Assembly (NCBI GenBank): GCA_009773355.1
Contig: WRPG01000001.1
Location: forward strand, 337,809-401,808
Source of the DNA: Limisphaerales bacterium
GTDB taxonomy: Bacteria; Verrucomicrobiota; Verrucomicrobiia; Limisphaerales; SXTU01
Direction of reading: 5' to 3'
Length of the DNA stretch: 64,000 bases
Under the pieces are notes generated by a model that saw only the letters and a program-made list of their open reading frames with translations, did not search any database and was not told the DNA's origin. Within the stretch, counting starts at the first letter, position 1; the number at the start of each line of letters is the position of its first letter. A program made the position numbers and the translations under genes. Positions 46,333 to 55,248 of the stretch are shown one piece after another.

Positions 46333-46767
46333 ATGACCAAAATCCTCGCCATCCTCATCGCCGGCCTCGTGTGCGAGGCCATCGGCGTCGTCTTCCTCAG
46401 CAAGGGCCTGAAGCAGATCGGCGAGATCAAGCAGGTCAACGCGGCGGAAATCTGGCGCATCGTCAAGGCCGGCGGGACCAACCCCAGCATCCTGCTGGGC
46501 GTCGCACTGGAGGCCGCCTTCTTCGTCGCCCTGCTCGTGCTGCTCTCGCGCAGCGACGTGAGCTTCATCTGGCCGCTCACCGCCATGGGCTTCGTGCTGA
46601 CCACCCTCACCGCCAAGTTCCTGTTGCAGGAGGAAATCCCCCCGATGCGCTGGCTCGGCGTGCTCCTCATCATGCTCGGGGCCGGCCTCATCACCTGGAC
46701 CGAGAAGGCCAAGGAGCGGGAACGAAAGCCGGCGGGTGTCCAACCCTCCGCCAGTTCAACCCGCTGA
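46333..46767 (+). CDS. small EamA/DMT-like 4-TM membrane protein
   Basis: Four hydrophobic helices in a single EamA-like half-transporter layout. The C-terminal tail (KERERKPAGVQPSASS) overlaps repeat-family sequence. Confidence 0.7.
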   Translation: MTKILAILIAGLVCEAIGVVFLSKGLKQIGEIKQVNAAEIWRIVKAGGTNPSILLGVALEAAFFVALLVLLSRSDVSFIWPLTAMGFVLTTLTAKFLLQEEIPPMRWLGVLLIMLGAGLITWTEKAKERERKPAGVQPSASSTR

Positions 46768-46983
46768 ATCTGGACGCCGAAGCAACGGAGTGGCACGGAC
46801 CACCGGCCCGGCGGAATGGCAACTCGGCCACCCTTGATCAGCCAGGCCCCATGCAGTTCCAACCTCGCCGTCGTTCCGAGCGGCCGGTGCCACCCGATGG
46901 CTTGGCCGCTGCCGCCTCGGAGTCCGGGTTGGATCTGACTTCCGCTTGGGCTTTGGCGGTTCCTCGGCTACCTTCCGCGCGCG

Positions 46984-47640
46984 ATGAGCCAATCGGCGAT
47001 ATTTGACGGGCTGCTGACCTACTTGTTTTTCATCCCGCTGCTCACTTTCCATGAGTGGGCGCACGCGTGGGTGGCGTGGAAGTGCGGCGACGACACCGCC
47101 TATTCCCAGGGCCGTGTGACCCTCAACCCCGTCGCGCACATGGAACTCATCGGCACGGTGGTGCTGCCGCTGGTCGGCATCTATCTGTCCCTGACCAACT
47201 CCGTGCTGGCAGGTTTCATCATCGGCTGGGGACGCCCCGTGCCGGTGAACATTGACAACCTGCGCAGCCCGCGCCGGGATGACACGCTCGTGGCCCTGGC
47301 GGGGCCGGCGATCAACTTCGTCCTGGCGTTTGCCCTGCTGGCCTTGGTCAAGGTGGGCATCATGGCCGAGGTGGCGATGCTCAAGGAAATTGGCTACCGC
47401 ATGGCCCTGTTGAGCATGTTCCTGTGCTGCTTCAACCTCCTGCCCATCCCGCCGCTCGACGGCTCCCATGTGCTCAAGAACGCCATCGGCATGAGCCATG
47501 AGACCTACTGGCGGCTCTGCCAGTTCGGGTTCATCGCCGTCATTCTCGCCCTCAACTTCGTCCCGATCGTGCGCGAGGCGCTGGAGTTTGCCACTTATGG
47601 CTCCCTTGCGCTCATGGCGTCAGTGTTTGGACTGCACTGA
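46984..47640 (+). CDS. site-2 protease family (M50) metalloprotease
   Basis: HEWAHAW zinc motif. GRVTLNPVAH and NLLPIPPLDGSHVL. Confidence 0.9.
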   Translation: MSQSAIFDGLLTYLFFIPLLTFHEWAHAWVAWKCGDDTAYSQGRVTLNPVAHMELIGTVVLPLVGIYLSLTNSVLAGFIIGWGRPVPVNIDNLRSPRRDDTLVALAGPAINFVLAFALLALVKVGIMAEVAMLKEIGYRMALLSMFLCCFNLLPIPPLDGSHVLKNAIGMSHETYWRLCQFGFIAVILALNFVPIVREALEFATYGSLALMASVFGLH

Positions 47641-47690
47641 CAAATGCGTTGTGTTCGAGTCACCGGCCCGCAAATCTCCCCGCGTCCGAC

Positions 47691-48377
47691 ATGATGAAGA
47701 CCTTCGCTGAACTCGGTTTTCCCGGCCGCCTCATCGCGGTCGAGGGTTTGGACGGCTCCGGCAAGTCCACGCAAATCTACCTGCTCAAGCGCTGGCTGGA
47801 GCTGCGCGGCTTGAAAGTCTTCTTCAGCGAGTGGAACTCCTCCGAGCTGGTCAAGGCCGCCACCAGCAAGGGCAAGAAGATGACCCTGCTGACGCCCACC
47901 ACGTTCAGCCTCATCCACGCCACGGACTTCGCCGACCGCTACGAGCGCCAGCTCGTGCCGCTGCTGCGCGCGGGCTACCTCGTGCTGTGCGACCGCTACA
48001 TCTTCACCGCCTTCGCCCGCGACGTGGTGCGGACGTGCCCGACGGACTGGGTGCGCGGCCTCTACAGCTTCGCCGCGCTGCCGGACATGACCTTCTTCTT
48101 CCGCGCGGACTTGGAGGTGTCGTTGAACCGCATCCTCGATGGACGGCCTGAGTTGAAATACTTCGAGGCGGGCATGGACATGGGTTTCTCCACTGATCCC
48201 TACGAGAGCTTCCGCATCTTCCAGGGCCGGATGCTCGAGCAATACCTCGCCATGAGCCGCGAGTTCAATTTCAACGTCCTCGATGCGAACGAAACCGTCG
48301 AGACGCAGCAGGCCATCGTGCGCAAGCTCGTTGCCGACCGCATTGACCTGCCCTCCTTCGCCCTTCAGAAAGCGTGA
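47691..48377 (+). CDS. thymidylate-kinase-like P-loop protein (non-canonical)
   Basis: IAVEGLDGSGKSTQ P-loop and CDRYIFT (DRY). Lacks the canonical R-E-P-G-G-T nucleotide-binding segment. Confidence 0.8.
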   Translation: MMKTFAELGFPGRLIAVEGLDGSGKSTQIYLLKRWLELRGLKVFFSEWNSSELVKAATSKGKKMTLLTPTTFSLIHATDFADRYERQLVPLLRAGYLVLCDRYIFTAFARDVVRTCPTDWVRGLYSFAALPDMTFFFRADLEVSLNRILDGRPELKYFEAGMDMGFSTDPYESFRIFQGRMLEQYLAMSREFNFNVLDANETVETQQAIVRKLVADRIDLPSFALQKA

Positions 48378-49141
48378 CCATGCCCACCGCGCGCAAAGTC
48401 AAACGCCTCGCCGCCGCCCCGCGCACGCCGGAGGTCCGCATCCCCACGCCCACGCCCAAGCGCTTCTACGGCGAGGGCATTCCCGGCGTCGAGGAGGAGA
48501 AACTGCGCGGCAAGCTCATCGTCGTTGAGGGCGCGGATGGTTCCGGGCGCTCGACGCAGATCGCGCAGCTCGTCCAGTGGCTCGAAGGCAGCGGCCACGC
48601 CACCGTGCAGGTCGGCCTCAAGCGCTCCTCCCTCGTCAGCGAGGAGCTGGAGAAGGCCCAGCAAGGCAACATTCTCAGCCGCACCACCCTGAGCCTCTTC
48701 TACGCCACCGACTTCGCTGACCAGGTCGAGAACATCATGCTGCCCGCGCTCAAGGCTGGTTTCATGGTGCTGGCCGACCGTTACATCTACACCCTCATGG
48801 CCCGCGACCTCGTGCGCGGCATGGATGAGGCGTGGCTGAAAAACCTCTACGGCATCGCCCTCGTGCCTGACGCCGTCTTCTACCTGAACATCACGCCCGA
48901 GCAGCTCGTGCAGCGGAACTTCGCCAAGAACAAGGCGCTCGACTACTGGGAGAGCGGCATGGACCTCGGCCTCTCGCGCGACATGTTCGACAGCTTCCTG
49001 AAATACCAGGCCCTCATGGCCCGGCAGTTCACCCGGCTGCAGGCCACCTACGGCTTCGACATCGTGGACGCCGACCGCTCGCCCGAAGATGTGAACGCCG
49101 ACCTCCGCCGCAAGATCGAGTCCGTGCTGGCGGGGCGTTGA
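48374..49141 (+). CDS. thymidylate-kinase-like P-loop protein (non-canonical), tandem paralogue
   Basis: IVVEGADGSGRSTQ and ADRYIYT. GTG 48374 overlaps the upstream stop as GTGA (alternative ATG 48380). Shares the SL(F/I)(Y/H)ATDFAD block with the upstream gene. Confidence 0.8.
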   Translation: MTMPTARKVKRLAAAPRTPEVRIPTPTPKRFYGEGIPGVEEEKLRGKLIVVEGADGSGRSTQIAQLVQWLEGSGHATVQVGLKRSSLVSEELEKAQQGNILSRTTLSLFYATDFADQVENIMLPALKAGFMVLADRYIYTLMARDLVRGMDEAWLKNLYGIALVPDAVFYLNITPEQLVQRNFAKNKALDYWESGMDLGLSRDMFDSFLKYQALMARQFTRLQATYGFDIVDADRSPEDVNADLRRKIESVLAGR

Positions 49142-49262
49142 GATTTAACAATTCGGGGCTGGCCGCTGGGATCGCCGCTGGTTAAATCGCGGAAGTTTTC
49201 CGCCGGGCTTGCAACCGGCCCGGGCCGCAGGCACAACACGTTCAACCAACTCCAAAGCGCAC

Positions 49263-50252
49263 ATGGCCGAAGCATCTGGCAAACGCGAACACTTCGTCGG
49301 CGTGGACCTCGGCGGCACCAAGATCCTCGCCGGTGTCTTCACCCCGCAGCTCAAGTGCCTCGGCAAGGTCAAGATGAGCACCAAGCCCGAGCGCGGCCCC
49401 GACGGCGTGCTCGAGCGCGTGGCCCGCTGCGTGCAGGAGGTCGTGGACGAGTGCGACCTCCACACCGACAACATCAAGGCCGTCGGCATCGGCGCGCCGG
49501 GGGCGATTGACCCGGAGGAGGGCCGGATGCTCTTCGCGCCCAATCTCAAGTGGGAGGACGTGCCGCTCAAGAAGGTGCTGGAGAAACAGCTCGATCTGCC
49601 GGTCTTCGCCGAGAACGACTGCAACGTCTGCGCGCTGGGGGTTTATGAAACCGAGCTGGACCCCAAGCCGCGCTCGATGGTCGGCATCTTCCTCGGCACA
49701 GGCATCGGGGGCGGCATCATGCTGGATGGGAAACCCTACTCGGGCTTCAACCGCACCGCCGGCGAGATCGGGCACATGGTCCTCGAGGTGAACGGCCCCA
49801 AGTGCGGCTGCGGCAACAAGGGCTGCTTCGAGGCGCTGGCCAGCCGCACCGCGCTCTTCCGCCGCATCCAGACCGCCGTGAAGGACGGCCAGAAGACCGT
49901 GCTCACCGACATGCTCGGCCCCGAGCTGACCGACATGAGGAGCGGCGACATCCGCAAGGCGCTCCGGCGCGGGGACAAGTTCGTCGAGCAGATCGTCGAG
50001 GAGGCCGCCGAATACACCGGCATCGCCGTCGCCAACGTCATCAACTTCCTCAACCCCGAGGTCATCGTCCTGGGCGGCGGCGTGATGGACCAGCTCGCCG
50101 ACGACATGATGGCCATCATCATCGAGACGGCGAAGGACTACGCGCTGCCCGGCACCGCCAAGGGCATTGAGATCATCGCCAGCAAGCTCGGCGACGACGC
50201 GGGCATCACCGGCGCGGCGGTGCTGGCCAAGCGTGAGTCGAAGGAGAAGTGA
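49263..50252 (+). CDS. ROK-family sugar kinase (glucokinase-like)
   Basis: VGVDLGGTKI, GIGAPG, ENDCNVCALG and the ROK zinc motif GHMVLEVNGPKCGCGNKGCFE. Confidence 0.92.
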   Translation: MAEASGKREHFVGVDLGGTKILAGVFTPQLKCLGKVKMSTKPERGPDGVLERVARCVQEVVDECDLHTDNIKAVGIGAPGAIDPEEGRMLFAPNLKWEDVPLKKVLEKQLDLPVFAENDCNVCALGVYETELDPKPRSMVGIFLGTGIGGGIMLDGKPYSGFNRTAGEIGHMVLEVNGPKCGCGNKGCFEALASRTALFRRIQTAVKDGQKTVLTDMLGPELTDMRSGDIRKALRRGDKFVEQIVEEAAEYTGIAVANVINFLNPEVIVLGGGVMDQLADDMMAIIIETAKDYALPGTAKGIEIIASKLGDDAGITGAAVLAKRESKEK

Positions 50253-50255
50253 GAG

Positions 50256-50343
50256 AGTGATTAGTAATTAGTGCTTAGTGCTGTGAACACTGATCCCGAG
50301 CACTTCGCCGCGACTGAGCACTCATCACTAACTGGTAATTACT
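50256..50343. repeat. palindromic heptamer element (AGTGATT AGTAATT AGTGCTT AGTGCTG / inverse)
   Basis: Left arm 50256-50283 and right arm 50316-50343 (GAGCACT CATCACT AACTGGT AATTACT). Covers the 5-prime end of the ppx ORF. Confidence 0.85.
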
Positions 50344-51353
50344 TTCCGGCCCGTCGTGCCGTCATAGACATCGGCACCAACTCCGTAAAACTCCTCGTCG
50401 CGGACGTGACCGCCGGCTCCGTCGAGCCAGTTTGGGAAGGCAGCGAGCAAACGCGGCTGGGCCGGGGCTTCTACGACGACCACCGTCTCCGCCCCGAAGC
50501 CATTGCTGACACGGCCAGGGCCGTTGCCGGCTTCGCCGAGACCGCCCGCGAGCAGGGCGCGACTCAGGTGCGCGTCATCGCCACGAGCGCGGCACGGGAT
50601 GCGGTGAACGCGGACGAGCTGCTCGCCGCCGTCCGCGCCGCCAGCGGGCTGCCCGTCGAGGTCATCAGCGGCGAACAGGAGGCGGACTGGGCCTTTCAAG
50701 GCGTGCTGACCGATGACTCGCTCCGCAACCAGCCCGTGTTGATTCTCGACGTGGGCGGCGGCAGCACCGAGTTCATTCTCGGCGATGGCGGCCGTTCCCT
50801 CTTCCGCGAGAGCTTCAAGCTGGGCACCGTGCGATTGCTTGAAGCTGCCCGCCTCTCCGACCCGCCAACACTGGCTGAATGGTCCGCCACACGCGCCGAA
50901 CTCCGCGCCTTTCTCGACCGCGAAGTCCGCCCACAACTCGCGCCGCACCTGCAAACAAACGCCTCGGCAGGGCCGACCTGTGGTCGGCCTCAACTCTCTG
51001 TTCAGTCCCACGGGGCCGCGCGCAGCGCGGCCCTACCAAGCTCCAGAGACCTCTTGCTCGTCGGCACCGGCGGCACCACGAGCATCCTGGCGCGGCTGGA
51101 ACTTCAACTCGCCGACTACGACCGGGACCGCATCGAGGCGACGCGCTTCACCGCCGAGCGGGTGCGCTGGCACGCCGAGCGGCTCTGGAGCCTGCCGCTG
51201 GCCGAGCGCCGCGCACTGCCCGGCCTCCCGCCCAAGCGCGCGGACGTCATTCTCTTTGGCGCGGCGATCTTCGAGGCGGTGATGGAAAGCTTCGGCCTCG
51301 CCACGCTGCGCGTCAGCACGCGGGGCCTGCGTTTCGCGGCGGTGCGACCGTAG
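50271..51353 (+). CDS. Ppx/GppA-family phosphatase
   Basis: AVIDIGTNSVKLLVA, ATSAARDA, ISGEQEA and DVGGGSTEF motifs. The only in-frame starts (GTG 50271 or 50283) lie inside a palindromic element. Confidence 0.88.
   Translation: MLSAVNTDPEHFAATEHSSLTGNYFPARRAVIDIGTNSVKLLVADVTAGSVEPVWEGSEQTRLGRGFYDDHRLRPEAIADTARAVAGFAETAREQGATQVRVIATSAARDAVNADELLAAVRAASGLPVEVISGEQEADWAFQGVLTDDSLRNQPVLILDVGGGSTEFILGDGGRSLFRESFKLGTVRLLEAARLSDPPTLAEWSATRAELRAFLDREVRPQLAPHLQTNASAGPTCGRPQLSVQSHGAARSAALPSSRDLLLVGTGGTTSILARLELQLADYDRDRIEATRFTAERVRWHAERLWSLPLAERRALPGLPPKRADVILFGAAIFEAVMESFGLATLRVSTRGLRFAAVRP
50967..51037. repeat. intragenic palindromic element, family F, inside ppx
   Basis: GGCAGGGCCGACCTGTGGTCGGCC ... 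GCGGCCCTACC. Translated in frame as SAGPTCGRPQLSVQSHGAARSAALPS, just before the conserved LVGTGGT block. Confidence 0.85.
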
Positions 51354-51448
51354 CGACAGGCAGGGCGTATGCTGCCCACCACTTTGCGAGTTCGACATCA
51401 ACCTTGCCGGCGGATACGGTTGTCCCGCCGGCCCAACCCGATTCACCC

Positions 51449-51835
51449 ATGAAACGCACCCTGCTCCTCGCCTTGATCGTCTGCTCCTCGCTGACCCTGT
51501 TCACCGGCTGCGCCGCGCTGCTCGTCGGCGCGGCGGCGGGCGCGGGGGGCGTGGCCTATGCCCAGGGCGAGCTCAAGAACACCGAGTCCGTGGCCCTCAG
51601 CACCGCGCATCGGGCGGCGGAGCGCGCCGCGAAGGACTTGAAGTTCGCCGTCCTCAAATCCCAGCTCGACGGACTCAACGGGGTGATTGAGGCGCGCACC
51701 GTGGCGGACCAGAAGGTCACCATCAAGACCAAGCAGGTCGCCGCCAAGGCCACCGAGGTCCGCATCCGCGTCGGCCTGCTCGGCGACGAGACCGCCTCCC
51801 GCCAAATCCTCAGCCGGATGCAGGCAAACTACTGA
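51449..51835 (+). CDS. DUF3568-like lipoprotein
   Basis: Lipobox LTLFTGC, then a Gly/Ala-rich segment and EARTVADQKVTIK...VRIRVG typical of DUF3568. Confidence 0.7.
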   Translation: MKRTLLLALIVCSSLTLFTGCAALLVGAAAGAGGVAYAQGELKNTESVALSTAHRAAERAAKDLKFAVLKSQLDGLNGVIEARTVADQKVTIKTKQVAAKATEVRIRVGLLGDETASRQILSRMQANY

Positions 51836-52188
51836 TGGCTGACGGCAGCTTCAGCCAGTTTGTCCGCGAGCAACTGGACGGTCTCCCGGGCATCGCATTC
51901 CGCCGGATGTTTGGCGGCGAGGGCCTTTACCTCGGCGAGACTTTCTTCGGCATCCTCCACCGGGGCCGGCTCTACTTCAAAACCGACGCCGCCTCGCGTC
52001 CCGACTACGAGGCCGCCGGCATGGGGCCGTTCCAGCCGAACGCGAGGCAGTGCCTGCCCGCCTATCGGGAAGTGCCCGCCGCCGTGCTGGAGGATGCGGC
52101 GCAACTCTCGACCTGGGCGATGAGAGCCGCGCAATGCCACCCGCAGTCCAAGGCAAAGCGCTCCGCCCGCCGGCGGCCCAGACGCTAG
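51835..52188 (+). CDS. TfoX/Sxy N-terminal domain protein
   Basis: FRRMFGGEGLYLGETFFGILHRGRLYFKTD matches the TfoX_N signature. Confidence 0.75.
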   Translation: MADGSFSQFVREQLDGLPGIAFRRMFGGEGLYLGETFFGILHRGRLYFKTDAASRPDYEAAGMGPFQPNARQCLPAYREVPAAVLEDAAQLSTWAMRAAQCHPQSKAKRSARRRPRR

Positions 52189-53864
52189 CCTTTCTTCTTT
52201 TTCGGAGGCGGGGGCGGCGCGGGCTTGTTCGCCACCGTCAGCCAGGCCACATGACCGTCATTGACGAGCCGGTCGCCGCGCGGTTCGGTGCCCCGCAGAC
52301 TGAACGTCGCCGCGCTGCTCATCGGCGGACGCACCTCGGGGGCGGAGAGCAGCAACTCAAGGGGCACGCTGGCCGCCCGCGCGTCGGCGGCGGCCACCAG
52401 CTCAACCTTCACCTCGCCGTTCTTGTCCGGCACGGCGGGGATGCGCGCGGTGACGCCGTCGGGCAGGCCCTTCACCGCGAGGACGAGCTTCTCCTTGAAA
52501 CCTTCGTTGCGCGCGACGGTGACTTTGACTTCGTTCGTCTTGCCGTTCTCCACGAAGAACGCGTGCGTCGGGATCGTGGCCGTGAAATGCGGCGGCGCGG
52601 GCGCGGTCTCGATGCGATACAGCCACTCCGCCCCGCCCTTGCCATACATGTCGCTGACGGCGAGGACGAACATGCCGTCCGCCGGCGCGCTCCAGCCGAG
52701 GCGCGGGTCGTTCAAGTCGCCGCCCTCCTGCTGCGTCAGGGAGACGCCATTCGTGTCCTCCACGCGGATGCGCGCGGCCATTGGCGAGCGCAGGCCGACG
52801 GCGCGCACCTGGAAGTTGAAGCGCTCGTTCTTCTTCGCGGGGAAGGCAAAGCGGTCCACGTCACCCGGCTGGCTGATGCGGCCATTCAGCGTCGCCGGGA
52901 AGGTGACGGGCTGGGCCTTGGCCGTGGTGTCGTTGGGTTCCTGCTCGGCCACGTCGGCGGCGTCAGCCACGTCAAGCCAGAGCGTGTCGCCGGTCGGTTC
53001 GGCGGGGATGAAGAGCAGTTGTTCCGCGGCCGGGGCGCGGGAGGCATCCACGGTCTGAGCCGCCTTGCCCAAGTTCCAGCCGACCAGTTCCAGCGCGCTT
53101 TTCGTGCCGCGCTTCACGCCCATCGGGAAGGCCGAGCGGGCGAAGGGGCCGGTCGTGACCATGAGGCGATAAACGTAGGCCGCGCTGCCCTTCGCCGCGA
53201 CGTCGGCGGCCGGCGGGTGCGCGAAGCCCAGCACCTGCACGATGTAAGTGCCGGCGCGTTCCACCCGCCACGCGACCAGCGCGTCGAGGTTGTGCGTGTC
53301 GTGGTTGAAGGCGACGCGCACGCCGCGCTCGTCGAGGATTTGCACCACCGGGTCAACCGAACTGCCCAGCGCGTAGCTGTCCACGGCGGCGACGATCCAC
53401 TTTCCCGGCTCCGCCGTGAGGGCGAAGGAATCCACGTCGCCGGCCTTCTCCAGCCGCCCGTTGATGACGACGGCGGACTTGTCGAGCCGCTGCGCCTTGC
53501 GGAAGTCGTCGTTCGGCTCGGCCTCCAGGATTTCATCCCGCTTGCCCACGACGAACGTGCGCGGTTCCGCCGCGCCGTCGCCATTGTGGAAGCGCACCAG
53601 ATGCGGCCCCGGCGGCACATCCGCTCCAATGGTCACGGAGAACGCGCCGCTGTTGGTGGCCGCCTTGAACGCCAGCCCCGCATGGTCGGTCCACACGCCC
53701 ACCGGCCAGCCGTCCAGCTTGCCGCCGACGGTGACGCTGATTGTCGCGCCCTGCTTGCCGCCGGCGGGGAAGATGAATTCCGGCGCGGGCGCGGCGGCTT
53801 GGGCGCAGAGGATAGAGCCTAGAGAGCAGAGAATAGCAGCCAGAGGCCGGACGCGAACAGACAT
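52185..53864 (-). CDS. secreted protein with repeated pre-peptidase C-terminal (PPC) domains
   Basis: Signal peptide at ATG 53864. Two EPND...G...GDVD(S/R)FA(L/F) PPC signatures. Lys/Pro-rich C-terminus. Confidence 0.8.
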   Translation of the reverse strand: MSVRVRPLAAILCSLGSILCAQAAAPAPEFIFPAGGKQGATISVTVGGKLDGWPVGVWTDHAGLAFKAATNSGAFSVTIGADVPPGPHLVRFHNGDGAAEPRTFVVGKRDEILEAEPNDDFRKAQRLDKSAVVINGRLEKAGDVDSFALTAEPGKWIVAAVDSYALGSSVDPVVQILDERGVRVAFNHDTHNLDALVAWRVERAGTYIVQVLGFAHPPAADVAAKGSAAYVYRLMVTTGPFARSAFPMGVKRGTKSALELVGWNLGKAAQTVDASRAPAAEQLLFIPAEPTGDTLWLDVADAADVAEQEPNDTTAKAQPVTFPATLNGRISQPGDVDRFAFPAKKNERFNFQVRAVGLRSPMAARIRVEDTNGVSLTQQEGGDLNDPRLGWSAPADGMFVLAVSDMYGKGGAEWLYRIETAPAPPHFTATIPTHAFFVENGKTNEVKVTVARNEGFKEKLVLAVKGLPDGVTARIPAVPDKNGEVKVELVAAADARAASVPLELLLSAPEVRPPMSSAATFSLRGTEPRGDRLVNDGHVAWLTVANKPAPPPPPKKKKG

Positions 53865-53977
53865 GAGGAAACGGACTATGGGGGATGCGGACGTAATCAA
53901 AGCAAGTGCCGGCGGCTTGCAGCCGCCGTCGAAACTGTCGGAGCGGACGAACGGCGACTGCGAGTCGCCGGCACGGG

Positions 53978-55192
53978 TCACACCAAGTCCCCGTCGCTGC
54001 GGCGGTTGAAGGCGGCCTCGTAGAGGCCGACGAAGTCCGCGACCTCGATGCGGCGCGGGTTGAAGGTCGCGGTCCACTGCTTCGCGGCTTCCTCGGCGAG
54101 GAGTTTGATCCTGGCCGGCTCGACGCCGCACTCGGTGAGCGAGCGCGGGAAGCCGGCGAGGTTGAGCAATGATTCCAGGCGCGCGAGCAAGGCCTCGAGC
54201 GCGGTGGTGAGGCCGCCCTTCACCGTCGCCAGCTCCGGGCCGGAGGCGAGTTCGGCGTAAGCGCGTAGCGCATCGGGGTTCTCCGCGTTGAAGCGGATGA
54301 CCAGCGGCAGCATCATCCCGACGGCCTGCCCGTGGACGATGTTGTAGTGCGCGGTGAGCGGGTTCGCCGCCGAGTGGGCCGCGCCAAGCATGGAGTTCTC
54401 GATGGCGATGCCCGCGTAGGCCGCGCCCAGCAGCATCCGCCCGCGCGCCTCGATGTCCTTGGGATGCTTGAGCACCTGCGGCAGCGCGGTGACGCACAGC
54501 CGGAACGCCTCGCGCGAAAACATCTGCGAGAGCGGGTTGCGCTTCGTGGTCACGGCGGTCTCGACGGCGTGGGCGATGGCATCAATGCCGGTGCAGGCGG
54601 TGACGCGATGCGGCTGCGAGACGGTCAGCGCGGGATCGAGGATGGCGATGCGCGCGGCGGCCTTCGGGTCGAGGCAGGCCATCTTCTGGTGCGTCTGCTC
54701 GTCGGCGATGAGCGCGGCGGACTGGCATTCGCTGCCTGTCCCGGCGGTGGTCGGAATGGCGATGAGCGGCAGCATCGGCTGCTTTGCCTTGCCGACGCCC
54801 CAGTAGTCCTGCATCCGCCCGCCGTTGGTGAAGATGAAGTTGCAGCCCTTCGCCGTGTCCATCGAGCTGCCGCCGCCGAGGCCGACAAGCAAATCCACCT
54901 TCTCCGCCGCCGCGACGGCCACGCACTCGTCCACGCATTTCGTGGTGGGATTCTCCTTCGCGCGGTCGAACAGGCTGACGTGCATGCCTGCCTTGGCCAG
55001 CGATTCCTGCACCCGCGCAGCGTGGCCGGCCTTGACGATGCCGGGGTCGGTGACGAGGAGAACGCGCTTGCCGCCGAGTTCCGCCGCCAGTTCGCCCACA
55101 CGCTCAACGGTGTGCGCGCCGAACACGAGCCGCGTGCGGGGAACGAAGTCGAAGAGCGCGGCGGGGTTGGCGGCGTGGCCTGCGGAAGTCAT
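53978..55192 (-). CDS. iron-containing alcohol dehydrogenase
   Basis: VLLVTDPG, GLGGGSSMDTAKG and metal-binding His blocks (HAVE, HSAANP). ATG 55192. The 55231 start in the ORF track is a TTG. Confidence 0.92.
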   Translation of the reverse strand: MTSAGHAANPAALFDFVPRTRLVFGAHTVERVGELAAELGGKRVLLVTDPGIVKAGHAARVQESLAKAGMHVSLFDRAKENPTTKCVDECVAVAAAEKVDLLVGLGGGSSMDTAKGCNFIFTNGGRMQDYWGVGKAKQPMLPLIAIPTTAGTGSECQSAALIADEQTHQKMACLDPKAAARIAILDPALTVSQPHRVTACTGIDAIAHAVETAVTTKRNPLSQMFSREAFRLCVTALPQVLKHPKDIEARGRMLLGAAYAGIAIENSMLGAAHSAANPLTAHYNIVHGQAVGMMLPLVIRFNAENPDALRAYAELASGPELATVKGGLTTALEALLARLESLLNLAGFPRSLTECGVEPARIKLLAEEAAKQWTATFNPRRIEVADFVGLYEAAFNRRSDGDLV

Positions 55193-55248
55193 GTGCGCTT
55201 TAGAGACTGGCCGGGAATTCCGGCTGTTCAAGAATTATCCCGGCGCGC

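Noticed and set aside
44201-46767. Complete hopanoid biosynthesis cluster
   Set aside because: Only a synthase-family gene and a YdjC gene are present. No cyclase, radical-SAM or glycosyltransferase genes are in the window.
52050-53822. 590-aa plus-strand ORF
   Set aside because: It is antisense to the PPC-domain gene, which has a signal peptide and repeated EPND...GDVD signatures. The composition is that of a shadow ORF.
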